From the human T2T-CHM13v2.0 reference genome, Homo sapiens: DNA of 64,000 bases. Made by a program: the position numbers and the translations under genes. The stretch lies in the NCBI RefSeq assembly GCF_009914755.1, contig NC_060932.1. The stretch is one strand, 5' to 3'. Under the pieces are notes generated by a model. That model did not search any database. It saw only the letters and a program-made list of their open reading frames with translations, and was not told the DNA's origin. Of this stretch, positions 16,050 to 29,500 are shown in pieces. Position 1 is the stretch's first letter. Every line of letters begins with the position of its first letter.

Positions 16050-16619
16050 TTCTTTTTCCTTATTTCTATTGTATGCCCCAATTTTTATTCTTTTGCTACG
16101 TAACACATGCATTGTTTCAACAGGTTCTCTATATTTTAGTAAATGTTAGGCTGTATACATCCCAATGTTCATATTTTAGCTCAGTTTATCTTTTCCCTTC
16201 ACCCTCCTTTTCATTTATTCAATTGTCCCATACTCCAGGTCTATATTCTGAAGTCTCATCTCCTCAGCCACCATTAGCCTGCCCTGTTCATCCTGCAACC
16301 CTCATTCCTTTCAACATTTGAGGCTTCCTCTGTTCTAAGCCCTATGCTAATCAGGAGGCTCAGTGCCTCTTCCTGCCATTTTTAAAATTTAATGTTTCAA
16401 TTTTACCACCTAGATTACACTGTCGATGAGGTGAAACGAGTTCACCTTTGTATATGTTGACACATCTGTTTGCTGAAATGCAAATGAATATTTGCTCCCT
16501 CTGCCTAACAAAAGTTATAGCAACATTCTAGGTAAAGAGAATTAAAAGTCTTTGAGTAGAGACAATAAAAATGAAGATGTGTGGAGCACTGAGATGTAAG
16601 ACTGGGTGGGTCATTATTT

Positions 16620-16830
16620 AAAGAACTCACACTTTGTGATCCTTCACTCTGTGCTAGGCAAAGTATGAATGATGTCCTTTAATCCTCATAACAGCCCTGT
16701 GAAGCAAGCATCTGTTATCCCCGTAACATAGATGCTGACACTGAAGTTCAGAGAGATTAAGTAAACTTGTCTGGTTCATACATTTTAGGTGGTTGGGCAA
16801 ATCTTCGACTTCCAATCTGTCTGAATGTGA
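16620..16830 (-). mobile_element. MIR
   Basis: aatcctcataacagccctgtgaag...atagatgctgacactgaagttcagagagattaagtaa MIR core. Confidence 0.7.
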
Positions 16831-17829
16831 GGAAAAGATTCAAAGATAGGACTGCAAGCCTGAGTAACTAGAAGACTAGTGATGCCTTTGGAAAGGGGGG
16901 CTGTCCCAGGAGAAATGAGGTTTTGCAAAGACAGTTACAGTTTAGCTGTGCTTAGTTGCACATGCTGGCAGGACACCTAGGGAGAGGTGCCCACGAACGG
17001 ACAAACCTGTGGGACTGGGGCACAGAAGGAAGGTGCATGTCTGAATCATAGTTGAAGCCACAAGGTAGGCCGAAATTAAAGGAGAATGAAGAGGCAAAAA
17101 CAGGCCAGCTATAAGAAAGATGAAAAATGTGAAAAATATTGTATAATTAACAACAGGATTACAACAAAATGTAACAGAATAGTAACAACTCACCTGTTTG
17201 TATGCATGTCCCTTTACTACTCTCAACAATCTTATTGAGATTACATGTCATACATGACTAAGCTTTGGGAAATAAAATAACTTGTCATTCAACCCGTAAG
17301 TAGTCAAGACCGGCCATATACCAAATTTAAAACCCCATTTAAATTTCCCGATTCTGTTTTTTCCAACATACAAAGACATCCACCATCACTGAAGGTAAAA
17401 AATAAAAGCTAGATGATTATTTGTCAAAGATGTCCAAGTGTGTGCTGTAGGTAAGGTTGGAGAGAAGGCAGCAGGAAGAGCTGTAAGCAGAACCGGTCAA
17501 GGGATTAGAATTCAGAGGAATGAATACAAAATACATTGCTTCTCACTTCATGCCACAAACTGCAAACTGATTAGCTACATGGTTTTCTCCTGAACACAGC
17601 ATTTAACTCAGAATCCTTTTCAACCCAATGTTCCAGGACACTGCTTTTGCTAGTCAGCGGCATGTTAGATAAAACCATGTTAGATTATACAATTGAAATT
17701 GAACTTTGTAGGAACATTTTCATCCTTGACCTGAATATTTGATTTGTGTACTTTAAATTTTCAGAGTACTCCAAGCTGGCTAGTACAGGAAACTCATTAT
17801 AAGGTTAACATGGCAAGCTAGAAAATAGG

Positions 17830-18030
17830 AAATACTACATCCAAGGATCTTGGTAAATGGCAGATGAAAGTAGTAGTTAGAAACAAATATAGTTCACTTA
17901 GGGTGAAAGCAAATTGTGCCTAGATTTCAAAAAAAGAAAAAGAAAAAACTGTACAAATACAAACTAGAGAATGGCCTGGCTTAGAAAGTTGGCAAAAAGA
18001 GATACAGGGGCCACAGTGGACCACAAGCCA
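17830..18030 (+). mobile_element. L3/CR1 fragment
   Basis: acaaatacaaactagagaatggcctggcttagaaag...ggggccacagtggaccacaagc resembles the CR1 ORF2 3' region. Confidence 0.45.
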
Positions 18031-19123
18031 AGGCAAAATCCTCCACTCTTTAGAAAAGCAAACAACAGGAAAACACGTAAACATCAGAACCCGTAAGTAT
18101 TCTCTGCTAATTCTCTCATCAGACTCAGACTCTGTTTAATGCTCTGCCCTAAATCAGGGATGTACAGTTGATCCTCTTCCTAACACTTTAGCAACACCAT
18201 TTCAGTCACTTCCATCTTCAGTCAGCTTTCTACTGAAACACCTTCACACTCAAATGTCTCATAGCTCTCCACAGTACACAAGGTAAAATTCAAACTCCTT
18301 GTCTTCTCCATGGACACACTTCAGTCAGGCTGCAACTTATATTTTTTTCTGTGAGCTTCTGTGACTGCCATTCACAAATTCTGCGTTTCGGCCAGGTTCA
18401 TTTGCTTCACCTCCCTTGGGTGCATGAGGCACATTCTGGTGTATCTTTCCTCACAGTGTTCTGTCTAAAATGATCTCCCTTTTTAAACATGGTTTCTACC
18501 CACTCCTCCTAATATAAGTTATCCTCTTCAGGAACTATTCCTATTCCCTGGCAATGGCAGCTAAAAACAATACCTTTTGTTCTATAGTATCAGAGCCTGT
18601 AACAATGTCATCTTTACCTGACACTCAATAATTTAAAAATTAAGCTTTGCCTTTTATCTTTAATGTGCATTTTCTTATTCCGTAACCTGGCTATAAACTC
18701 TCTTGTTTGTATCACTCTCTCCTCCCAATCTTCCCATTTCTTTAGAACATAGGAAGTAATGGATGCTTAATTGATTCAATGGACCTAAAGACACGGCAAT
18801 AGAAAAATGACAGATTGCTTAAATCCCAGCTCCAACACTGGATTATCTTGGGGAAGTAGGTTGAAAGAGAAATTGGAAGGCATCCTGTAACATATTTTTT
18901 AAAAGTCAATGCAATTCGGTAAACATTTACTCAAAATCTCCTTGGTTCTCTCATAACAAATAGCTTTGACACAGATTAAGATAATCAAAGGCCAGCCTTG
19001 GAGAGGAAACAACAAAAAATTGCAAAAGGTTATCTAAAAATATGAGTGCAGGCCTTGAGATAATCACCAGAAATAACTCTGCACCTAAATATGCAACTCC
19101 TGACCTTATTTAAGAATATCTTA

Positions 19124-19393
19124 AGGCCGAGGCAGGCAGATCACAAGGTCAGGAGATCAAGACCATCCTGGCTAACACGGTGAAACCCTATCTCTACTGA
19201 AAATACAAAAAAATTAGCTGGGCGTGGTGGCGGGTGCCTGTGGTCCCAGCTACTCAGGAGGCTGAGGCAGGAGAATGGCATGAACCTGGGAGGCAGAGCT
19301 TGCAGTGAGCCAATATCACACCACTGTGCTCTAGCCTGGGCAACAGAGCAAGACTCCATCTCAAAAAAAAAATAAATAAATAAATAAATAAAA
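19124..19393 (+). mobile_element. Alu (AluY-type) lacking its first ~45 nt
   Basis: Begins at aggccgaggcaggcagatcac; has atcctggctaacacggtg and agaatggcatgaacc; A/(AAAT)n tail. Confidence 0.93.
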
Positions 19394-19529
19394 ATCTATT
19401 TAGAAAATACATATTTATTGACAAGTTTGAAGAGTAACTGCCCCCTGCAATATAATAGGTCTGCACCTTTTTTTTTTTTTTTGGTTCAAATTTTATTGCA
19501 TATTAGAAACACCTGGGGAGGTTTTTCCC

Positions 19530-19960
19530 CCTAATAGTTTTTGGGGAACAGGTGGTTTTTGGTTACATGAAATAAGTTATTTAGTGGTGATTTCTGAGAT
19601 TTTGGGGCACCTGTCACCCAAGAAGTGTACACTGTACTCAATGTGTAGTCTTTTATCCCTCACCCCCTTCCCCCCAAGTCCCCAAAGTTCATTATTTCAT
19701 TTGTATGCCTTTGTGTCCCCAGAGCTTAGCTCCTACTTATAAGTGAGAACACACAATATCTGGTTTTTTGTTTCTGAGTTACTTCACTTGGAATAATGGT
19801 CTCTAACTCCACCCAGGTTGCTGCAAATGCCATTATTTCATTCCTTTTTTGTGGCGGAGTGGTATTCCATGGTGTATATCCACATTTTCTTTATCCACTC
19901 TTTGATGGGTATCTAGGTTGGTTCCATATTTTTACAATTTCGAATTGTACTGCTATAAAC
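19530..19960 (-). mobile_element. L1PB-like 3' end
   Basis: ttttggggaacaggtggtttttggttacatga...agtggtgatttctgagattttgg L1PB 3'UTR motif. Confidence 0.8.
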
Positions 19961-20086
19961 GTAGATCTACATATTTCCTGCATTCACTAGATACCATGAA
20001 GTTCCAAAGGCATTCAATATTCACCAAAATAGCCTACTGGGTGATTACAGCAAAAAACAACTGATAAGTCAAAACATTTTGATTCC

Positions 20087-20372
20087 ATGGAACTGGAGGC
20101 CATTATCCTAAGTGAAATATCTCAGAAACAGAAAACTCTTATGTTCTCACTTGTAAGTAGGAGAGAAATAAGAGGTAGACATGGACTTAGAGTATGGAAT
20201 AATAGAAACTGGAGACTCAGAATTTGGGAAGTTGAGAGGAGGCTAAGGAATAGGAAATTACTTAATGAATACAATGTACATTATTTGGGCGATGGTTACA
20301 CTAAAAGCCTAACCTTCACCATTATGCAATACACCAACCAACCTGCACTTGTACCCTTTAAATTTATATGAT
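20087..20372 (+). mobile_element. L1MA-like 3' end
   Basis: atggaactggaggccattatcctaagtgaaata (MELEAIILSEI) followed by L1MA 3'UTR. Confidence 0.8.
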
Positions 20373-21548
20373 TTTTTTAAAGTCCTGAATCAGTATTACT
20401 CATGCCACTATTGAGTCAAGTTCATAGTCACACCTTCAGCCTTCATCCAAGGATAAACGCCAAGCTGCTTTCTACCTTTTGGAAGCATGTATGTGACATG
20501 GGTGGTGTGACGACATCGTCCACCATGTGATTCCCCACTTGAGAAGTCTAATACTGCAGAAATGTGTTTAGCTTTTGCCTCCCTACTGAGCTTTTTTCTG
20601 TGAGAATTTCCTCAATTCCATAAGTCCTACTACCTCCCTGAACACATGCACACTTTAATGTGTCTGAAATTGGAATAAGTATTTGTATATATGTGCATGT
20701 GTGTACATGTACCATACATGTGTGTTTATTGTGTATAAACAGATACATACATATGTGATTTTCCCCTCTAAAAGCTGCTATTAAATTGATATTTTAAAAT
20801 CAAGCACTTATTTTAAATCAACCTAGAACCATGTCTACTTTTTCCCTTTGCCTGGTAGCAAACCTAAAGTCAAATTTTTGGCTCAATTACTTCAACCAAC
20901 ACAGATCTAAATAGCTTATTTTTTCTTTTATTCGGGCCTGAGCTCTTATTCTAATTTAAATTATTCCTAGTTTTAATAGGTTACATTTTGGGGTGTTTTT
21001 TTTTTACCATGTTATCTTATGTCTTTGTACATTAAGTTCTTACTAAATCCTTTGAGTAATGGGCAGGATATATGGACACAGCATCAGTTATTAAACGTCT
21101 CTTGACAAGCTCAACTATTTTGCTCCTAGTTTCCAAAGTCCTCAAACACAAGATGATAGTATTAACACAAAGTAACATTAGGTCTGAGTATCATATCAAC
21201 AGGTCAGTTGTAAAGCAAAAACTACTGCCTTTACATTTTTAGGTTAATTAATGGTAAAAAAAAAAAAAAAAAATTTGACACCTCTGTTACACAAAGTAAT
21301 TTTATCATCTTAACTACTTCTGTATGATGACATGAATCATGCTGAGATTTTAGTAAAATTCTGTTTTTCTTTTCACTAAAATGTTTGTCTTCTGATAGTG
21401 AAGGATATCTACACATACAGCTCTAGGTTAATCTAGTAGCTAGAGAAGTATTACAGGAAATCTAGATGAGCAAATTGACTGCTCTTTTTATCAACACCAT
21501 TTAAAGATCCCAGAGAAGTATGTGATGAGGCGATAGGGAGAATAAGTT

Positions 21549-21853
21549 TTTTTTTTTTGTTGTTGTTGTTGTTGTTGTTGTTGTTTTTGAGAAGGAGTCT
21601 TGCTCTGTCCCCCAGGCTGAGTGCAGTGGCACGATTTCAGCTCCACCTCCTGGGTTCAAGAGATTCTTCTGCCTCAGCCTCCCAAGTAGCTGGGATCACA
21701 GGCATGTACCACCACACCCAGATAATTTTTGTATTTTTAGTACAGAGTTTCACCACATGTTGGCCAGGCTGGTCTCAAACTTTTGACCTCAGGATCTTCC
21801 TGCCTTGTGCTCCCGTAATGCTGGGATTACAGGTGTGAGCCACCAGGCCCAAC
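21549..21853 (-). mobile_element. Alu (AluS/J-type) with (TTG)n-derived tail
   Basis: Reverse-complement Alu; TSD GAGAATAAGTT at 21538-21548 and 21855-21865. Confidence 0.93.
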
Positions 21854-22778
21854 TGAGAATAAGTTGTTCTAAAAAATGATTAGGACATTTATACTTAAGA
21901 CATTCCTATCTTATAAAAGGGAAAAACGAGTCTCCTGCACGGAGGGGGAAAAATATCTACCACTGACACCATGTGTGTCCTATTAAAGTTGTTTTTATTT
22001 TGGAGTGTCATAAAAAATGTTTTATATATTTTATATTACCATAAGAGTAGCTTACTGCATAGAACTTTGGGTCTTCAGTGGCATATGTAGTTGAGAAATT
22101 CTTTTTACAAGTACCCATAAAAGAGACTAGTACGTGCTGCCCCAGACTACATTGAAATGGGGCTGGCAGAGATTCCAGATGGGAAGCTGTAGAGAACAGC
22201 ACAAAGGTGTGTCTTCCTCCACTAGAGTTCACTCACTCCCGGCCCCCAAGGCAAGCAAGGCTGGCATTCGGATTGTCTCAAAATGAAACCGAGAAAAGAA
22301 GTTGTCTCATGTCCACCCCCTCATCCTCCACGTTCTGAGTGTTTTGCACCCCTTTATATTTATGTCTATGTCCATGTCTATGCCCAAGACTGAATCTAAT
22401 TTGGAGACCCCTTTTCTGCCCCCCTCATTTCCTCAGACCCTTACCCTCCAATATGTGAAAATTAGTCAGTCTGAAAGAAATCGTTCCTTGAAAAGAAAAA
22501 CTACCACCACCATCACCAGGTGCCAGTGGTTATCCTCTGCCTACTTTCAGGAAACAAGTAAAAATATTTTAAAAAGTGAGGGTGGGCTGGGGAGAGGAAG
22601 GGGATTCCTCTTAAGATTCTGTTCAGACCCCTGACGCAGGAATTTCAGACACTTTAGCTCCTTAAAGGAATGTTTGGAGGCAAGTGGATCTTTGTTTAAC
22701 ACCAACTTAATAATTATACACTAACATTTTCAAAGTGGCTACTTATGGGTTACCCTCCCAGTTTATAATCACTTAAAA

Positions 22779-22790
22779 CACACACACACA

Positions 22791-22820
<30 letters not shown>
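22779..22820. repeat. (CA)n microsatellite, interrupted
   Basis: About 20 CA units with one TG interruption. Confidence 0.95.
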
Positions 22821-22823
<3 letters not shown>

Positions 22824-24922
22824 TATGATTAGCTTCCATGTAGCCGGAGTACCTGGAAAATAGTATAACTTGCTTAATTTAAAATGACTAACACAAATCA
22901 TTGATTTCTCAGACAGACATTATAACACTTTTATCATAGCAAACAGAAAGACAATAAGAATTTCCTTTTAGATGCTCTCTTCTTCACATAAAAATTTTAA
23001 TATCGACATTCTTGACAAACTCTAAAAGAAAAGAGGTTCTCTCTTATCTCCTCTCTTCCAAACTACTCTTTAGGGTGACATGTATAAAGCAGACCACATA
23101 AATTGTGACTCAAATGTAAACAAAATGTAGAGAAATAAAGAACATATGTCCATCGCATATTTTCTTGACCCTGTCCCATTGAAAAATATGCTTATTTCCT
23201 GCTCTGGGGTTAATCTATCACAATCTACAACCATCTTTAGTCATATTACCTAATACGTAGTCCACATGTTGCTGTCAGTTTATACACACACGAAAAAACA
23301 TAGGTTTGGAGAAGTCTTACTACTACTACCTTTTTAAAAGTAGATTTTTGCAGAGATCAAGGTTCTAAGTAGCTAATACTTTCTTTTGTTTCCTACCAAG
23401 AACCACTTTTGAAGAAAGAAAGAATACCCTAAAATTAAAATAGTATACAGTAGCAGATTTCATACTTAAATTTAGCACAGTACTAAGAAAATGTGACTGG
23501 AGTTTAAAGAATTGCTGTGTGGTTACTAAAAACTGCACTATCGTGAGTTGAGGCAGCTGTGAGCAAAAGAGGCAGAAAGCTATCCCAGTATATGACAAAG
23601 CATCACCTTAATTACTTTAAGAGTCCGATAGTTGAAATGTGTCAGAAGGAAAAAAACATGCCAGGCACAGAGCCTTCTGATGTGGAGATGGGGATCAGGT
23701 TACCCAGGGCTTCTGTGTAGGCCAAGGAGCAATGGTCAAAGATGAATGTTGGATGTGGCTCCACACAAGGCAGTCTCCTCTAGAGGGCTGGCTTTGAAAG
23801 ATTAGGGATGGCAACTACAATCTTGAAGCCACATTTCCCCCCACTACCAACCAAGGACCAATGACTCTAAAGGAGAGTAGGGCCTTCACAGGGAAAGCTG
23901 AATCAAAACAAGGCCAGTGGCTCAACACTTTGGCCCTTATGCAATGACCATTGGGATATGTTTCACCAGTGATTCCAAATTGGAAGGGATGGCGATGGCA
24001 GGGTTGTTTAAAAGCATTTGTAGAGCAAAAGTAAAATGATATTTCTGCATAGAGGGAGAAATGGTTAAAAGTTGGGAAGTTTAATGTTGGACAACCATGG
24101 CTTTATCTTTGGTCTTTATCATAAAGACCAAGGAAAAAGCACAGGAAAACAGGTTTCCTAAGCAGCAGGATGATGGTCCTACTCTCGGTTCTACCACTAG
24201 TAACTTGTTAGGTATCACTTTGGACCAGTCAGAGCCTCCATGGAGCTCAGTTCTTTCCTCTTCCCTAAAATATGGCAGGAGAATCAAGGATGCTCCAAAA
24301 AAAATTTCCCTTAAAGCTTCAAAGTATATCCCTCATTTAGATCTCTGATCAAATGTAACTTCCTCAATTTTCCTGATCACTCTACATAACATAGTATACC
24401 CTGACCCATTCACTAGCTCCCTGTCCTACTTGTCTCCACAGCCCTTGTCTTCACATGAGATTATGTACCATCACCCACTTCTTTATTGCAGCTATTCCTG
24501 CTAGAAAAAGCTCTCTAAGGACTCTTTGAGCAATCCCATGCCTAGACTTATGATTGGCACATAGCAGTGCTCAACAAGTATCTGATGAAATAAATTAACA
24601 AAATGAGTTGTGATGGGGCTGGACAAAGAAAGCAGGGAGTCCCACACAGATAGGACAGAATATTTCAGATTGAGATCATGATGTTGGTCAATCCTCCTGT
24701 GAAAGAATAGAAGACCACAGCCACCTACAGATGACATTTTGTCTTGTACATGAACATCCTCCAACATAATACCTTAGCAATCACAAATTTGTTCTTCCAT
24801 GTGTCATTTAAATATATGACAAAAAGCATGTTTATACTTTTGTATTAAGATATTCCCTAATGTACAACATGGCCCAGACTTGAAATTCTTTCCACTTAAA
24901 GCTTCAGGTTATATATTCATAA

Positions 24923-25411
<489 letters not shown>

Positions 25412-25729
25412 TCTCTTTTTTCCATGGTCTTTTATGCACCCTTTTCTCTTCTGTCATTCGCCATAAATCAGTCTGCTATATTGGTAGCTAAGTCACAGGT
25501 CATGTACAGATTTAAAAAGAATCTTGGTTAGTCTTTGAAGGACCAAGCAGAGTCCTCCCTGAAGTAGGAAGCTGAAAGCTGCTGGATGTGGAAGGCTTGG
25601 CAAATGCAGGGGGCAGCTACTGGGAAAGTGTTCAGATCCTTCATTGTGAAACTACACTCCTGGCCTTCCAAGTCTCTTCCTCACCTTCATATGACAGCCA
25701 CAGAACTTGCCTGCAACTTTTGGCAATTA

Positions 25730-25900
25730 ATCCTAGAATCATCAGATTTTAGAACAGAACAGGACCTCAGAGATCACCTATCCCCCCCTAAATCCTCAAT
25801 TTTACACATGAGGAAATGGAGGCCAAGAGAGGTTAAGTGACTTGTCAGGGCTCACTGAATTAACAAGTTGACACGATGTAGGGACCCAGATAACTCCAGA
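25730..25900 (-). mobile_element. MIR/MIR3 fragment
   Basis: ttttacacatgaggaaatggaggccaagagaggttaagtgacttgtc core. Confidence 0.75.
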
Positions 25901-28582
25901 CCAGGACCCTGAAGAATGATTGTTGGAAAAGCCCAAGAAACCTTACAGGTTATGCTATCAAAAATGAAAAAACAAGACAACTGATCTAAAGGAAAAGTTT
26001 GGGAATGAAGACTGAGTATTTCAAGTGTAATTTGATCTACTAAAGATATTTCCAGATATTATTTGATTTTTTTTAAAAAAAGAAAGCAAATAAGCATATA
26101 ACAGTTAAGGAAAAACTAGGCTAAGCATTACACTGTTTTTTAAAAAAAACTCTTAAAGCCATTTATGTTTTCATATTTAATAGTTTTCAGTGTAATATCT
26201 TATATGCATAGTGATGACTATAGCATTACACTGACCTCTAACTTATGCCTTTCAGTAATCAGAAGCAGCTGATTTTAATGTGCTGCTGCTTTAGTGTGAA
26301 GGAGCTTAAGGCTGCGTTTGTGTGCAATCAGGTTAAGATTGGCTTCAACAGGAGAAAAATCCATACATATGTTGCAAAGATCTTAAAAATGCCTGTATTC
26401 CCAACCTGATTACGACTTACATTTTTGCATGGTTTGTCAAAGCAGATCACTGAAATCAAATCAAGATGTAAAAAGGGATAAAGTGGCTTTCTTCTCCATT
26501 CTTCCACTAGTCGCCATGACCTATTGAAGAAAGGAACTTTTCTCTCTCTCACCTGAGGCAAGGTAGGATACTCCCCTGGAAGTTACGCCAATTTTTATCA
26601 ATCGGTGCTCAAGTTACAAAGCTAATTTTGTAGTTTTCATTTCCTACATTTTTAAATATAAGTAACCTTATTACAGAATAATTTGCCATTTCTCTCAACA
26701 ATTATATTTAGTTTCCTTTCAATAAAATAGTAAAAAATGATATAACTTTGAAAACCTATTTAAAGGTTATATAAAATTGATTTTATTAAACTGAAAATGT
26801 AGACACAAGAATTAGAGCTATAGCTAGTCTTTCCTAATAAGTAAAACTTGGTAAAACTTCAGTAAGAATTAAATCAGTCTGTTACTGGCTTGTCAAAAAG
26901 AGAATATTAGCAGATGATACATAAGCATTTGTTTTGGCGTAACTTAAATTGCTGACAGTATCAAGTTGTATTCAACTAAGACAGTATGTTGTTGTTGATA
27001 ACATAAAAATACAAATGCAATAAATATTATGGTTAACAATCTAGCTGTAATCTAGAAAATTCTCAAGCCAGACTGTGGCTAGGTCAAAATAAAGAGTTTT
27101 GGAGGGGAGGGAAATGTGTTGCCTCTTGTTACACATGAGCATGTTTGTTATAGGAGCATTTTCAGTTTAATTTTTTCTATTAATGTAAACCACAATTGGG
27201 GGACCACATTGCTGGAAGAGGAATGGGGGAGGGGCTAGTTATGTAAACAATATACAACAAAGAAAGTCTTTATTTCCAATACCTGAATACATCAAGTTTG
27301 TTTTTAGGGAGAAGGTTGCAGGTTAAATGCTCTCAGCTATCCAAGAAGTGGCTTATTAGTTTTGTAAGAAAACATTTTCTTATATTTTGACTGAAAAATA
27401 CCTAGTTTAAGTGAACAAAACCATCCTTGTTAGTGAAAAGCAGACCTAAAAAAACTTTGTTTCAAAGATCCAGTAAGGAAAAGCAAAACTAATTCAAGAG
27501 GAAAAGCTGCTTTCCTAATAGTAGCTTCTGAATCTGGATCTAATAGTTCTCAAAGGCCGACTGGAGTCTTCGAGTCTTAAAAGTATTGTCTTTCTCCATG
27601 GATCATAGACATTCTCTATGAGGCAGCATAACACGGATATAAACCTGTTTTAAGCAGTTATATATTCTCTTTCTGGGCTATGGTCATAAAGCTGAAAAGC
27701 TATGCACCCACAGAAAGAATGAAGGCAAACAAAAGTTATGATTCTTTTACAGAGCAGTTTTCCAAACACAACTTTCTTTTTTGCTCTTCTATTTTGAGCG
27801 AATGACATTGTAGCATCCGCTAGTGATAAAATAAATGTAACCCAGTGATTACTGCTTTAGGGACAGCACAGTGACAGGGCTCAGACCCACATTTCAACTT
27901 ACTGATTCTGCATCGGCCAGTCACCTCAGCTATGTGCTCTTCCAATTTCTAAATGGGCCTAATCCTGTTATTACAGAATAATTACTGCAAATCAGCACAA
28001 TTACTACAAAGATTTGAATAAACACACACATACCAGTAGCTGTTTTCTACAAATTATTATCAAAACAAAGAGAAACGGCTAATTGTGGTAACATTAAGAC
28101 AATGTTTATTCCTCTCAGTGTTTGGGCAAGTTTATTTTAAGTTGTCATCTTCAACTAGTAATGATACAGATGATTTTACAGACTCCATAAACCTTTCTAA
28201 TCTAAACTCTTCTCAACTGAAAGTTGGCCGCTTCCCTCAGAGCAACATCTGCGAAGGCCTGATTTCGTAAGAACCCGCTTTTATGGTACATTTGCAGAAA
28301 AAGCCACCAAAACACATTTAGAAATCTCATTTTAGAAAGCTCATTACTAAGGTACTCTCCTAAGTTATGTTTAAGATATTATGAAAGTAATAAAATATGC
28401 ACTTCATATTTTTCACAACTGAAGCATTTGTTTTTAAATAAGTACAACAAAACTTTATCCCCTCACCAATATTATTGGGTTTCCTTCAAAGATAAATACT
28501 TATTTTTGGAAGGGAAGGTGGTTAGGAAGCGGGAGAATTCAGGAAGCACACAGCACACAGTAGTGATTATATCCACACCTAC

Positions 28583-28771
28583 CTCCTGGACAATGCCTCA
28601 TTGTCATCTTGCATCTCCTGGATTCAGCAATGGTTGGACACAGTATTGTGTCTTTCACTGGCTTTTTAACAATTTGCCGTGTTCTGGTTTCCAGACCCCA
28701 TTTAAATCCACATGTGCGATTATTTCTGCTACAAGTTCCCCATTCGCTCCAATGACCAACTTCACATCCTT
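28583..28771 (-). CDS. RSPO2: R-spondin 2 coding exon for thrombospondin type-1 domain (TSP1; exon 5), phase 1-1; absent from the ORF track
   Basis: TACTAG|AAGGA acceptor and GGAG|GTAGG donor, 189 nt. Translates (E)GCEVGHWSEWGTCSRNNRTCGFKWGLETRTRQIVKKPVKDTILCPTIAESRRCKMTMRHCPG, with the WxxWxxC TSP1 motif and an N-R-T sequon. Confidence 0.98.
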
Positions 28772-29039
28772 CTAGTAAAGATTTTTAGAAAAAGAAAAAA
28801 AAACACAAGCACATAAGTTAGTATCCATTTGCTTCACTGTCATCAAATTTACAGAGCAGTGTTCCTTCACTAACCCCACCTTCAGATACCAAAAATTAAG
28901 TGGTACAGCCTTGAAGACCTATACTCACCTTTTGGGAACTTTAATTTTTTGAACCATAAGATATTTCTATCAAAAAAAAGCTGTTACTTTCCATTTGTCT
29001 TAGTTCAGTTTTTGAAGGATGCTATTGGTCAGTTCTGTT

Positions 29040-29500
29040 TTTTCCTTCAACTTTTAAGTTCAGGAATACATGTGCAGGATGTGCAGGTTTGTTACATAGG
29101 TAAACATGTGCCATGGTGGTTTGCTGCACAGATCAACCCATCACCCAGGTATTAAGCCCAGCATCCATTATCTATTCTTCCTGATGCTCTCCCTCCCCGC
29201 ATCGCCCCCATTCTTACAGGACCTAGTGTGTGTTGTTTCCCGCCATGTGCCCATGTGTTCCCATCATTCAGCTCCCACTTATAAGTGAGAACGTGCGGTG
29301 TTTGGCTTTCTGTTCCTGCACTAGTTTGCTGAGCATAATGGCTTCCAGTTCCATCCATGTCCCTGCAGGGGACTTGATCTCGTTCTTTTTTATGGCTGCA
29401 TAGGATTTGATGGTATATATGTACCACATTTTCTTTATGCAGTCTATCAGTGATGAACATTTAGATTGATCCCATGTCTTTGCTATTATGAATAGTTCTA
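29040..29500 (-). mobile_element. L1PA (older subfamily) 3' end inside the 2.4-kb FU2-TSP1 intron
   Basis: ttttaagttcaggaatacatgtgcaggatgtgcaggtttgttacatagg; minus ORF KMWYIYTIKSYAAIKKNEI...WMELEAIMLSKL. Confidence 0.9.

Noticed and set aside
28428-28775. 115-aa plus-strand ORF, and likewise 59556-59744 (+)
   Set aside because: Antisense shadows of real RSPO2 exons.
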